A stretch of DNA of 49,084 nucleotides from a virus. The notes under the pieces are model-generated. The model ran no database searches. It saw nothing but the letters and a program-made list of their open reading frames with translations, and was not told where the DNA came from. The translations under genes and the position numbers were made by a program. Each line of letters opens with the position of its first letter. Position 1 is the stretch's first letter. Location: the UHGV virus genome UHGV-1369968, one strand, 5' to 3'. Shown here piece by piece: positions 28,116-37,235 of the stretch.

Positions 28116-28997
28116 ATGACCAATAACCAGTTAACAGACGCGCAAATTTCAAACGCGACACTCATTCGTTTAATTCAATGGGCTGATGAGCATAAAAGCC
28201 ACTATGTTGCATCTGCGTTGCGTGAGCTACAGGAACGTCGCAAGGCTGACAGAGAGCCGGTGGCAGAAGTGGTTTCAATTTATGGCGACCCCGAAGCCTT
28301 TGGGGAGCGAGAGATTAGACCGCTTGTCGGCATTCAGCAAATGCCATACGGGACGAAGCTCTATCGCCACGCGCAGCCAGACGCAAGTCATCTATCACGT
28401 ATTTGCGCGGAATCGTACCAGGTTGTTGGTGCATTGGCGGAGGCGCTCAGAGTTTTTAATGACGTTGGTGTTATTAAGGCACTTGACAATCTGTCTGCTC
28501 AAGAACTGATTCATGATGACGTGCTGCCATTTTCAGCTCCTGAATCTGCGCAGCCAGCGCCGGTAGCCTTTGATGCTATCGACACAAACTTGATTGAATC
28601 CCTTCGCCTGGTTCAGTGCATGCTGGATGACTATCGCGAGCGCAATTATGGTGATGCACAAGGTTGGATTCGCCATATCAATACGCACATGAGCGACTAC
28701 ACTGAAGCTCATGGTGATGATGCCTACTCGGTTCTGCATAACTTAATCACAGCCGCCCCGCAGTCACCCGGCAGTGAACCCGCTACCGTGCCGGGTAAAT
28801 GGATTCCGGTAAGCGAGCGGATTCCAGAAGAAGGCGGCCGTTACTGGTGCTACGTAGAAGAGCAAAATAGTCTGGGGAAAAGTCACTATCAATGGAATTG
28901 CTCCTGGGATGGCGATGTATGGTCTGACAAAGCGCTAACTGGACGTGTTACCCACTGGATGCCGCTGCCAGCAGCTCCACAGGAGTTTAAGCCATGA
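28116..28997 (+). CDS. hypothetical protein with C-terminal DUF551 domain
   Basis: GGAGCC RBS. The C-terminal 'WIPVSERIPEE...THWMPLPAAP' is the DUF551 signature, also in ORF 6230..6517. Confidence 0.55.
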   Translation: MTNNQLTDAQISNATLIRLIQWADEHKSHYVASALRELQERRKADREPVAEVVSIYGDPEAFGEREIRPLVGIQQMPYGTKLYRHAQPDASHLSRICAESYQVVGALAEALRVFNDVGVIKALDNLSAQELIHDDVLPFSAPESAQPAPVAFDAIDTNLIESLRLVQCMLDDYRERNYGDAQGWIRHINTHMSDYTEAHGDDAYSVLHNLITAAPQSPGSEPATVPGKWIPVSERIPEEGGRYWCYVEEQNSLGKSHYQWNCSWDGDVWSDKALTGRVTHWMPLPAAPQEFKP

Positions 28998-29247
28998 AAC
29001 CCTACATCATCCGAAGGCTGATTGCCGCATTACTGCTGGCATTCTGGATTGTTGCTGCACTAGCCGTCTACTTTATCGTGAGGTGATTTATGCTGTGGAG
29101 CGATATTCAGGCTGCATGCGAAGAAGCTGAATTTCTTTATGAGGAGACCGGGAAGCATCATGCCGTGATTCAGGTTGGCAGCATGATGATGGTGGTTGAG
29201 CATAACAGCATGCTTCGGCATATGTACTCAACGACGAGGTATCAGTA

Positions 29248-29442
29248 ATGCCGCAAAAATCAAAGCAGGAGGTGTGGCAGATAGCACAGCTGGAAGCCGT
29301 AGACAACTTCATAGCATCAATCGCCAAAGCATTTCCTGATGCGATTGAGGTGGTTCACGTTCAAAGCAATAACTGTAATGTTTGGTGTTATGCGAAAACT
29401 GATGTACAATCATCTCATCAATCATCACCCACCAACCTTTAA
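29248..29442 (+). CDS. hypothetical protein
   Basis: GAGGT RBS, and it ends at the terminator. Confidence 0.35.
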   Translation: MPQKSKQEVWQIAQLEAVDNFIASIAKAFPDAIEVVHVQSNNCNVWCYAKTDVQSSHQSSPTNL

Positions 29443-29466
29443 CCCGCTTCGGCGGGTTCTTTTTAT
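29440..29466 (+). terminator. rho-independent terminator
   Basis: AACCCGCTTCGGCGGGTTCTTTTT. Confidence 0.75.
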
Positions 29467-29543
29467 GCGTTATGCGGCATGGCGTAGAATCTGATACAAT
29501 ATCCAATAGCGGAAAAATAGCGGAATATTGATAGGTTTTATCT

Positions 29544-29963
29544 ATGGCTAAAAAACTATTCAGTAGCGAAAATCAACCACAGAATAAGCGCGGAAAAGAC
29601 AAGCGGAAGCTGCTTGTGGAGGCCCTTGAACGCAAGGGATTCAGCGAGGAAAAGCTGTACGATACCATTATTGAAATGGCAATGATTGAGCGCGACACCG
29701 CGATGATGAAAGAGCTTATCGTGCGATTTAGCCCCTTACCAAAGCCTGTAGCCCCTGTATTTGAGGTTGATTTTCCGGATGATGGAACTCCGGTAGAGAA
29801 GATTGACGCAGTCATTCGCGGCATTGCATCTGGAATCATCCCAGCCGACATTGGCAAGATGTTTGCCGAAGTTATTAAGACCGGCCTTGACGTCGCGGAA
29901 GTAACAGAGCTTGCGGCGCGCCTTGAGCGACTGGAGAAGTTACTGGAGCAGCAGAATGGATAA
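29544..29963 (+). CDS. putative terminase small subunit
   Basis: 139 aa, basic N-terminus ('NKRGKDKRK'), directly upstream of TerL in the same operon. Confidence 0.45.
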   Translation: MAKKLFSSENQPQNKRGKDKRKLLVEALERKGFSEEKLYDTIIEMAMIERDTAMMKELIVRFSPLPKPVAPVFEVDFPDDGTPVEKIDAVIRGIASGIIPADIGKMFAEVIKTGLDVAEVTELAARLERLEKLLEQQNG

Positions 29964-30111
29964 GAGCATTATGGCTTGCTTTTTGGCATCAATTATTATG
30001 AGCTTAACAAGCATAACCCTACCAAATAATGATTTTACTGGAAGCATCTTTGGCTTGATGTTCTGGTGCATTGGTTGGGTTATTGCTTTTGCGAGGGTGA
30101 GATATGTTTAA
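29911..30111 (+). CDS. small membrane protein
   Basis: Two TM segments. A second 51-aa membrane ORF (30104-30259) follows before TerL. Confidence 0.3.
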   Translation: MRRALSDWRSYWSSRMDKSIMACFLASIIMSLTSITLPNNDFTGSIFGLMFWCIGWVIAFARVRYV

Positions 30112-30248
30112 ACTATCAATGTCACTAATGGCCTGTGCCATGATCATGTTTGCTATGGGTGATAAGTCAAACGAGATTGCATTTGCGATATGGGGCATCA
30201 TGTTCATGATGTCAGCCACAATAATTACTATTGTGGGAGCATCCCGCC

Positions 30249-31673
30249 ATGGCTCGTAAACGCCTGTCCGCACTGGCAATCGAAAAGCTGGAGGCGCAGG
30301 TGGATGATGCACTGACCGATATTGCTGAGTCCGCCATCTTCGGCATCTGCGATATGCAGAAGAACGTCATCAGGCGACTCAGAATGACCGCTGCGGGCGT
30401 TGAGGATGTTACCCATGCAACCACGCAGGCCGACCACTTAATCCCCGCAAAACTCGAAAGGCTGCTTTATCCAAAGCGTAATAAGGTCGTCTTTGGTGGC
30501 CGTGCATCAACCAAAACTCGCACAGTCTGCACCATCCTTACTGAGTCGGCCCGCTTCAGGCCGGAGCGTATTGGATGCTTTCGTGAGATTCAGCAGTCTA
30601 TCGAGGACTCCAGCTATCAGGAGTTGGTAGACGAAATCGACCGAAAAGGAGAATCATCGGAATATCGCTGCATCGACGGCAAGATAACTCACAAACGGAC
30701 GAAATCAAAATTCAGGTTCCGTGGCCTTTATCGCAACATCACCGGCGTCAAGGGTTTTGCCGGGATATCGAAAGCGTGGGTGGAGGAGGCTGAAAACGTC
30801 AGCCAGGCGTCATGGGACATCCTTGAGCCAACCATCCGCGCAGAAGGCTCTGAGATATGGGTGACGTTTAACCCAAACAAAGAAACCGATGCCACGTGGA
30901 CTCAGTGGGTGGCGCCTTATTACGATAAGATGGTTGATGGCATCTATGAGGATGATGACACATTAATCATTGAGTGTAATTACCGCGATAACCCGTGGTT
31001 TTATGACACCCCGCTCCCGGCATCCATGGAGAAAATGAAGGCGGTAGACTTCGACCGATATCTTTGGATTTGGGAAGGGAAATTCAACAAGCGCAGCGAT
31101 GAGCAGGTATTCGGTGGAAAATGGCGCACTGCATCGTTTGAGGTTAAACCTGAATGGCATGGTCCATACCATGGCATGGACTTCGGTTTCTCTGGCGACC
31201 CTGCTGCAATGGTTGAGGTTTGGGTGGAAAACCTGCCCGGCGACCGGCGCAACGTTTATATTAATCGTGAGTATGGCAAGGTTCATCTTGAGATTACCGA
31301 CCACCCGGCAGCAATGGACCAGGCATTTCCGATGGCGCGTAAGGCTCGATGGTATGCCGACTCCTCAAGGCCGGAAACCATCAGTCACATCAAGCGCGCT
31401 GGATTTGATATTCATCCCTGCAACAAGTGGCCTGGCAGTGTTGAGGATGGTGTCACCTGGCTCAGGGGCTGCGACAGCATCATCATTCACGACCGCTGCA
31501 CGGAAATGAAAAACGAGGCTGCGATGTACAGCCACAAGGTCGACAAGAATACCGGCCTTGTGCTGACTGAAATAGTTGATAAATACAACCACTATTGGGA
31601 TGCGGTTCGCTATGCGTTGAACGACTATATCGTACAGCGTGGTTCTGGATGGATTAGAAGGAGCAGGAGATAA
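30249..31673 (+). CDS. terminase large subunit (PBSX/XtmB-type)
   Basis: Walker A-like 'VVFGGRASTKTRT', and the ATPase and nuclease organisation of the Terminase_6 family. Start moved to ATG 30249 (MARKRL), which has a GGGAGC RBS. Confidence 0.85.
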   Translation: MARKRLSALAIEKLEAQVDDALTDIAESAIFGICDMQKNVIRRLRMTAAGVEDVTHATTQADHLIPAKLERLLYPKRNKVVFGGRASTKTRTVCTILTESARFRPERIGCFREIQQSIEDSSYQELVDEIDRKGESSEYRCIDGKITHKRTKSKFRFRGLYRNITGVKGFAGISKAWVEEAENVSQASWDILEPTIRAEGSEIWVTFNPNKETDATWTQWVAPYYDKMVDGIYEDDDTLIIECNYRDNPWFYDTPLPASMEKMKAVDFDRYLWIWEGKFNKRSDEQVFGGKWRTASFEVKPEWHGPYHGMDFGFSGDPAAMVEVWVENLPGDRRNVYINREYGKVHLEITDHPAAMDQAFPMARKARWYADSSRPETISHIKRAGFDIHPCNKWPGSVEDGVTWLRGCDSIIIHDRCTEMKNEAAMYSHKVDKNTGLVLTEIVDKYNHYWDAVRYALNDYIVQRGSGWIRRSRR

Positions 31674-31674
31674 G

Positions 31675-31703
31675 AAAAAGCCCCGATTTCGGGGCTTAAT
31701 TTG
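31675..31703. terminator. bidirectional rho-independent terminator
   Basis: AAAAAGCCCCGATTTCGGGGCTTAATTTG. Confidence 0.75.
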
Positions 31704-31706
31704 TCC

Positions 31707-31931
31707 TTATGCAGAGATTGGGCGAATAGTATACCCATATCCAAGATAAGCATTTCTCTCCTGAAAAGATGAGGCGCGAAGGCGGGCGGCAGCCTCACCC
31801 TTCACGGTTGCAGCAACGTAGTCTGTGGAGTCTGGGCCGTTCTCTACAACTTCGAAAGCCAGTACATTTTTAGTAGTCAGGTCGTATGTATTCATTATCT
31901 CACCCTCATTCACCAGCGGCACCATTGCCAC
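31707..31931 (-). CDS. hypothetical protein (74 aa)
   Basis: GAGGTGG RBS. Promoter TTGACG-N17-TAGATT built from tandem motif copies at 31943-31973. Confidence 0.4.
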   Translation of the reverse strand: MAMVPLVNEGEIMNTYDLTTKNVLAFEVVENGPDSTDYVAATVKGEAAARLRASSFQERNAYLGYGYTIRPISA

Positions 31932-31985
31932 CTCAATGACTACAATCTACGTCAACCATGAACCCACGTCAACATTTATAATAAA

Positions 31986-32276
31986 TTATTTGTAAAGCCA
32001 GCAATGAATCCCCGCATTGCGCATTGCAGCATAAATCACGTCATCAGACACGACCGCCATTGCCACCCTGTCAGCGTCAATCTGCTGGTGCGAAGCCATG
32101 ATGTCATCATAGAAAATATCGTTAGCATGCAGCCACTCATACGCATGCTTTGCCCTCATGATAAGCACATCGTGCCCGGCAGAGTAGAGCGACTTAGCCA
32201 GTGCAACGTTGCCAGCAATGGCATTGCCCTCGGCGTCGCGCAGCACACCATCAAGCTCGAAAATGACACATTTCAT
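31986..32276 (-). CDS. minimal HAD-like protein (96 aa)
   Basis: N-terminal 'KCVIFELDGVL' is HAD motif I (DxDG[TV]), and C-terminal 'AMAVVSDDVIY' is motif IV (hhhDD). Confidence 0.45.
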   Translation of the reverse strand: MKCVIFELDGVLRDAEGNAIAGNVALAKSLYSAGHDVLIMRAKHAYEWLHANDIFYDDIMASHQQIDADRVAMAVVSDDVIYAAMRNAGIHCWLYK

Positions 32277-32364
32277 AAGATTTCTCCGAGAGGTTTCATT
32301 TTAATCTACGCCATGCTAGAATCTACGTCAAGGCGCATTGACATAACTACATCACCGGGGCATC

Positions 32365-32604
32365 ATGAAGGCATACTCATCTTTTTCGTGGGAGCAGAAG
32401 GAGAAAATATACTCACTCGCAAGAGCCGGCGTGTCTGATGAGGCGCTGTGCGAAAGGTACGATGTTGATGAGGCCATTCTGCTGCGCATGTATGATGAAG
32501 TGCTGTGTGAGTTGCAGCGGCGCCGTGGATACAGCGGCCTGAAGACGATTAACGATTTCTTTCGGAATGTTGAGTTAAATAACGATGAGGGTGGTGATTT
32601 ATGA
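32365..32604 (+). CDS. hypothetical protein
   Basis: First gene of the rightward island operon downstream of the motif-bearing region at 32296-32345. Confidence 0.4.
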   Translation: MKAYSSFSWEQKEKIYSLARAGVSDEALCERYDVDEAILLRMYDEVLCELQRRRGYSGLKTINDFFRNVELNNDEGGDL

Positions 32605-32762
32605 GGGATATCGTGTTTATGATTATGGTGAAGTTACCAACAATATTTGCCATTTGTGCGGCTGCGTGGCTGGCATACAACAATAAAGAGGGATGGGGCT
32701 GGTTTCTTTTTGTTGCGGTGCTTGTGACTTCATCTGTAAAGATTGATGATTGAGGTGATGAA

Positions 32763-33251
32763 ATGACAACAATTGCTTGGGATGGGATTACGATTGCTCA
32801 CGATAGCCAGGCCACTGCCGGGAGTCTTATTATGGCTAACCAGCAGAAGTCTTTTGTACTTGATGCCGATGATAGGTTTTTTATTTGCGGTGAGCTGGCT
32901 GTATTGATTGTTGGTAGTGGTGCTGCTGGTGATGAGCGATACGCGAAGCAGTTCATGCGGCGGAACGTTGATGACATCATGGAGATACCAGAAGAACTGG
33001 ACTTTACTCAATGGGTATTCACAGATAAAGGGAATTGTTTTGCCATCCAGAAGATTCCTGGCAATAAATATCCGGCGGTTTACGCAGTAATTCCACCGCT
33101 TGCTGCTGGTTGCGGTAGAGACTTTGCTATGACCGCTATGTATCTTGGGCAGACAGCTGAACAGGCGGTAATTACCGCGTCAGTTCTGGATGCCTTCACT
33201 GACTCGAATGTTAAAACATATAAGTTTAAGCATGGTGAGGGGATGAAATGA
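32763..33251 (+). CDS. HslV/proteasome-beta-like N-terminal-nucleophile hydrolase
   Basis: 'MTTIAWDGITIAHDSQATAG' matches the HslV N-terminus (TTIVSV..GDGQATLG) with Thr exposed after Met removal. A Lys is present at the Lys33-equivalent position ('QQKSF'). Further matches are 'VGSGAAGDERYA' to AGFAGGTADAF, and 'AAGCGRDFAMTAMYL' to IGSGGPYAQAAARAL. Confidence 0.6.
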   Translation: MTTIAWDGITIAHDSQATAGSLIMANQQKSFVLDADDRFFICGELAVLIVGSGAAGDERYAKQFMRRNVDDIMEIPEELDFTQWVFTDKGNCFAIQKIPGNKYPAVYAVIPPLAAGCGRDFAMTAMYLGQTAEQAVITASVLDAFTDSNVKTYKFKHGEGMK

Positions 33252-33415
33252 TTATTGAAGATGAAACCAAAGCGCCAATGTGCGCAATATCTGTTTGGTT
33301 TGACTCTGAATCGGTTGTTACGCAGGGGCATGACACTATTATTATCGACAAGCACCAGGCCGCGCAGCTTATCGAAGCCCTGCAACGCTGGGTTGATGGC
33401 GAGGAGATTAAGTGA
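33248..33415 (+). CDS. small hypothetical protein (55 aa)
   Basis: ATGA overlap with the HslV-like stop, and TGATG overlap with the next gene. Confidence 0.3.
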   Translation: MIIEDETKAPMCAISVWFDSESVVTQGHDTIIIDKHQAAQLIEALQRWVDGEEIK

Positions 33416-33603
33416 TGAGCATTTACTTTATTCATGCGGAAGCTATTCTCAGCAATGGCTGCGTTGCCGAGAAGGTCGGGAAAGTGGTAATTGCTACTAA
33501 TGCGGTTGCCGCGCTTGCTGAGTTTTGGTCTGAGGGTAGCGTGCAGGAATTAAAAGACCAAGGCATCAAAGTTGTCATCGACAAATTCGAAAAGGTGGAA
33601 TGA
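33415..33603 (+). CDS. small hypothetical protein
   Basis: Coupled within the island operon. Confidence 0.35.
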   Translation: MSIYFIHAEAILSNGCVAEKVGKVVIATNAVAALAEFWSEGSVQELKDQGIKVVIDKFEKVE

Positions 33604-33824
33604 TGAAAGCCGTCAAAACAATCCTGTTCTGCATCATCAACCCGCACCTGATTGTGATGCTGATATTCGCTGCCATGCTTATTGGCGCAAGAAAGTCGCT
33701 TTATTATCTTTCCGATAAGCTGGATGACGCGGCGAGTTATATTCAGAATGTTGACCATAAACTCGGCGCGAAGTCGTATCCCGCATGGTTCAGATCGCTT
33801 GTTGATGATGAGGTAAATAAATGA
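33600..33824 (+). CDS. small membrane protein
   Basis: TM 'LIVMLIFAAMLIGA', with an ATGA overlap. Confidence 0.4.
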   Translation: MMKAVKTILFCIINPHLIVMLIFAAMLIGARKSLYYLSDKLDDAASYIQNVDHKLGAKSYPAWFRSLVDDEVNK

Positions 33825-34024
33825 AACGATTCCTTTTGTCATGGGCATCCCTTTTTTTAGTGCTTATGGCATGTCTCGCTCTCGCCTTCCCGGTATGCTG
33901 GTTCATCAAGTGGCAGCCACCGATGTTGAGCGATATCATGAATATCGGCGTACTGCGCATTGCAGTGTTCATGCTGGTTGCGTCTATGGTTGGCGCGTTG
34001 TTTATTAGTAAAATTGAGGAATAG
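33821..34024 (+). CDS. small membrane protein (2 TM)
   Basis: 'LLSWASLFLVLMACLALAF' and 'IAVFMLVASMVGALFI'. Confidence 0.4.
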   Translation: MKRFLLSWASLFLVLMACLALAFPVCWFIKWQPPMLSDIMNIGVLRIAVFMLVASMVGALFISKIEE

Positions 34025-34132
34025 CAGCCAAGCGCTTTATAATAAATTGCGGATAGGAAGGCCATCCGACAAGTGCGTTAGTCAGCGCATTTCCGCAATC
34101 CTATATTGACTCCTAATGACAAGGTATAAATC

Positions 34133-34615
34133 ATGAATTGGAATGAAATATTTTCTTACTCCGATGGAAATCTTATATGGGAGAGGGTTAACAGGAATAG
34201 ATATAATAAGCCTGGCGATATTGCTGGCAGGCTAAACACGACAAACGGTTACTTGTATGTAAAAGTAAATCAGGAAGTGAGATCGGTTCATAACATCATA
34301 TGGGAGATGCACAACGGGAAGGTGCCTGACGATATGGAAATTGACCACATAAACCACATTAGAACAGATAACCGCATTGAAAATTTAAGGATTGTTTCTC
34401 ATCAGCAAAACGCTATGAACAGGAGCAAAACATTAAGGAACACATCGGGCGTTGTTGGCGTATCTTGGTGCAAGATAAAAGGGAAATGGTATGCGTACAT
34501 AAAGAAAGATGGAGTAATGCATAACCTTGGGAGATACACCAATTTTGAGGATGCTGCTCTGGCAAGATCGTCTGCCGAAAAGAGGCTTGGCTTCCATGAG
34601 AACCACGGCTCTTGA
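34133..34615 (+). CDS. HNH homing endonuclease with C-terminal AP2 domain
   Basis: 'EIDHINHIRTDNRIENLRIVSHQQN' is the HNH_3 motif, and 'SGVVGVSWCKIKGKWYAYIKKDGVMHNLGRYTNFEDAALA' is the AP2 motif. Inserted between the TerL island and portal. Confidence 0.8.
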   Translation: MNWNEIFSYSDGNLIWERVNRNRYNKPGDIAGRLNTTNGYLYVKVNQEVRSVHNIIWEMHNGKVPDDMEIDHINHIRTDNRIENLRIVSHQQNAMNRSKTLRNTSGVVGVSWCKIKGKWYAYIKKDGVMHNLGRYTNFEDAALARSSAEKRLGFHENHGS

Positions 34616-34652
34616 TGATATAATGACCCTTACAGAAATGTGAGGGTTTTTT

Positions 34653-36104
34653 ATGAGCGATAAGATCGCAGCACTGAATGCATACATTCAGCAAAGAGTA
34701 GCAAACAATAGCCGGGTTATAGAAAGCCAGAGGCGTGAGTTTAGCGGTGTAAACATAGACCAAAAGCATACCCGACTGTATGTCGAATGTGGCTATCCTG
34801 AAGAAATCACCGCCGAGATGTTCCGCTATGCCTATGAGCGCTATGCACCCGCTACAGCTGGCGTTAACCGCGTGCTTGATAAGTGCTGGCAGACTCCGCC
34901 GCAAATCCTTCAGGAGGGCGCCGATGATAAAGCAAGCACTCCATGGGAGAAGGAAGCCAATAAACTGTTTAAGCGCGCTGCGCCATTCATCAAGGATGCA
35001 GACCGCCGCAACCTCATCAACCGCTATTCCGGCCTCATCCTGCAAATCCGTGATGGAAAGCAATGGAATGAGCCTGTGGACACCACGAAAACAAAACGCA
35101 TCAAGGATACTGCCATTGTCCGCTACATTCCGGCATGGGAGGAGCAGCTTCGTGTTAGCGAGTGGGAAAATGACGAAGCCAGCGAGGACTATGGTCAGCC
35201 GAAGATGTACGAATATCAGGAGTCGGTAGTCGGCGCCTGCAACAGCAACGGCAAACCAACGCGCTCCCTGAGCATTCATCCCGATCGCGTTATCGTATTT
35301 GCCGAGGGTGCGATGGATGGTTCCATTTACTCTGGTGTCCCACTTCTGCGTGCCGGGTATAACCACCTCATCGACATGGCGAAAGTCACTGGTTCAAGCG
35401 CCGAGGGATTCCTGAAGAATGCAAGCCGACAGCTCAACGTTAATTATAATAAAGACAGCGTTTCCGCTCAGTCTCTGGCGCAGCAAATGGGTGTTCCGCT
35501 GGAAGAACTGGCAGATGTGCTCAATGAGGATGTGGCGCGCCTGAATGAGGCGATTGACGCAGCGATGTTCACGATGGGCGCTGATGTCAAGGTGCTCTCA
35601 GTGACGCCAGCCGACCCAGGGCCAACGTGGACTATCGCAGCCAACCAGTTTGCAGCATCCATCAAGAAGCCATTCACTATTCTGTTTGGTCAGCAGACTG
35701 GCCGCCTTGCATCCGATGAGGATAAAACCGACGACGCCATGAGCGCCAAGCAGCGCCGTGAGGACTGGCTGGATTACATCATCTCGGTATTCATTGACCG
35801 GATGATTTCCTTTGGCATTCTGGATAAGGCGCCAGAAAGCGGTTATTACTGCAAATGGGATGACCTGCTTGCACCTTCCGAGCTGAACAAGGCCGACCTG
35901 CTGGTCAAACTTGCCACTGCAAATAAATCCGTGTTCGATGCAGGGCAGATGGCCCTGATGACCGCAGATGAGATGCGTGGCATTGTTGGCATGGAGCCGC
36001 TGAAAACGCAGCTTCCTGACGGATTACAGGAAGGTCAACAGCAAGACCAGCAATCGCAGCAAGACCAACAGCAGGGCCAGACCGATGCGCCTCCTCAAAA
36101 TTAA
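34653..36104 (+). CDS. portal protein
   Basis: 483 aa immediately upstream of the Mu-F-like head morphogenesis gene, with an acidic Gln-rich C-terminus. Typical size and position. Confidence 0.7.
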   Translation: MSDKIAALNAYIQQRVANNSRVIESQRREFSGVNIDQKHTRLYVECGYPEEITAEMFRYAYERYAPATAGVNRVLDKCWQTPPQILQEGADDKASTPWEKEANKLFKRAAPFIKDADRRNLINRYSGLILQIRDGKQWNEPVDTTKTKRIKDTAIVRYIPAWEEQLRVSEWENDEASEDYGQPKMYEYQESVVGACNSNGKPTRSLSIHPDRVIVFAEGAMDGSIYSGVPLLRAGYNHLIDMAKVTGSSAEGFLKNASRQLNVNYNKDSVSAQSLAQQMGVPLEELADVLNEDVARLNEAIDAAMFTMGADVKVLSVTPADPGPTWTIAANQFAASIKKPFTILFGQQTGRLASDEDKTDDAMSAKQRREDWLDYIISVFIDRMISFGILDKAPESGYYCKWDDLLAPSELNKADLLVKLATANKSVFDAGQMALMTADEMRGIVGMEPLKTQLPDGLQEGQQQDQQSQQDQQQGQTDAPPQN

Positions 36105-36132
36105 TGCCCGGCTTCCGCAGCCAAAATTAAGC

Positions 36133-37029
36133 ATGAGCCTGACAGACCCACTCGGCGCAGCGGGTCGCGTCAACAAGATGGTGCGCGATGTTGACGCCAG
36201 GTATGTGACGCTAAAATCGCAGGTTGCCGAGCTGTTCCGCACGATTCCTGTGGCAACCGGCAATGCTGAGGCTGGAAATTATTATTATGATTTCTCTGCC
36301 TACCGCGCATCGACATTCTTTGATGAGCTTCAGCGCATTCTTGATGGTCAGCTGCTGGAAGGTGATAATTTCACGCATGGCAGGATGTGGGCATCATCCT
36401 ATGTCAGCGACGCCATGTACGCCGGTACGCAGAAGGCAAACTCAGACCTTGGCGACCTGTCGTCGGCATACAAAGACAGCAGGCCGCTTGCTGAAATCCT
36501 GTACTCTCAGCCGTATCTCGACAGGCTTCAGTTAGCGTACACGCGCACGTATAACGACTGGGGTGGACTTTCAGATTACACGCGACAGCAGGTGGCGGAA
36601 GTCATCACTGCTGGCATTGCAAATGGCGATGCGCCGGGCGTGGTTGAGCAAAACATCGTTAACCGCATGGATGTATCAAGGAGTTACGCGCGCTCTATTG
36701 CTCAGACTGAAATTACCAACACCCTGCGCGAAGCCAACAGGCGCGAAGTGAAAGAGGCGCAAGTCACGCTGGGCATGGATACCATCATGCTCTGGCAGTC
36801 GGCACTCATGAAAACCACCCGCGTTAATCACGCTGCACGTCACGGCAAATACTACACACCAGAAGAAATTGACGAGTTTTATAGCGAAGGAGCTAACCGC
36901 CGCAACTGTCACTGCAGCCAGACCCCGGCGCTTGTAATGGATGGCAAGCCAGTGATACTTGAGCGGACGCAGGAAAAGCTGGATAAGCAAAGAGAGGCAT
37001 GGCAGGGAGCGCATAAAAAAGCCGCCTGA
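36133..37029 (+). CDS. head morphogenesis protein (Mu gpF / SPP1 gp7 family)
   Basis: 'RVNHAARHGKYYTPEE...NCHCSQTP' matches the conserved Mu-F-like C-terminal block. The start is uncertain (36085 TTG/ATG alternatives). Confidence 0.7.
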   Translation: MSLTDPLGAAGRVNKMVRDVDARYVTLKSQVAELFRTIPVATGNAEAGNYYYDFSAYRASTFFDELQRILDGQLLEGDNFTHGRMWASSYVSDAMYAGTQKANSDLGDLSSAYKDSRPLAEILYSQPYLDRLQLAYTRTYNDWGGLSDYTRQQVAEVITAGIANGDAPGVVEQNIVNRMDVSRSYARSIAQTEITNTLREANRREVKEAQVTLGMDTIMLWQSALMKTTRVNHAARHGKYYTPEEIDEFYSEGANRRNCHCSQTPALVMDGKPVILERTQEKLDKQREAWQGAHKKAA

Positions 37030-37040
37030 TGGCGGCTTTT
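37005..37040. terminator. bidirectional rho-independent terminator
   Basis: AAAAAAGCCGCCTGATGGCGGCTTTTGCTTATTTG. Confidence 0.75.
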
Positions 37041-37042
37041 GC

Positions 37043-37234
37043 TTATTTGTATTTAGGGGTTCTGTCACACATCAGGAATCCAGTGTTATATGAGTATGCA
37101 CAATCCCATTTATCTCCATGATTAACCTCAACCCCACGATCAAATCCGTACTTTTCGCCGAGCGCAAATCCAGTTACAAATATAAATGTGACAACAATTG
37201 TTGCAATCAAAGTCTCTTTCGTATCTTTCTTCAT
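37043..37234 (-). CDS. small membrane-anchored protein with Cys-rich periplasmic tail
   Basis: N-terminal TM 'LIATIVVTFIFVTGFAL'. Last gene of the minus-strand cassette. Confidence 0.4.
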   Translation of the reverse strand: MKKDTKETLIATIVVTFIFVTGFALGEKYGFDRGVEVNHGDKWDCAYSYNTGFLMCDRTPKYK

Positions 37235-37235
37235 G

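Noticed and set aside
27470-28165. 231-aa minus-strand ORF
   Set aside because: Antisense to three coupled + strand genes with good RBSs. The Ser/Arg-rich translation has no start context.
34413-35366. 317-aa ORF on the minus strand overlapping the HNH-AP2 and portal genes
   Set aside because: Entirely antisense to two well-supported genes. It has no RBS and a Cys/Leu-rich low-complexity translation typical of the reverse frame of coding DNA.
36224-36535. 103-aa ORF and other nested frames inside the head-morphogenesis gene
   Set aside because: An alternative-frame ORF within a Mu-F-like gene of conserved length, with no independent signals.
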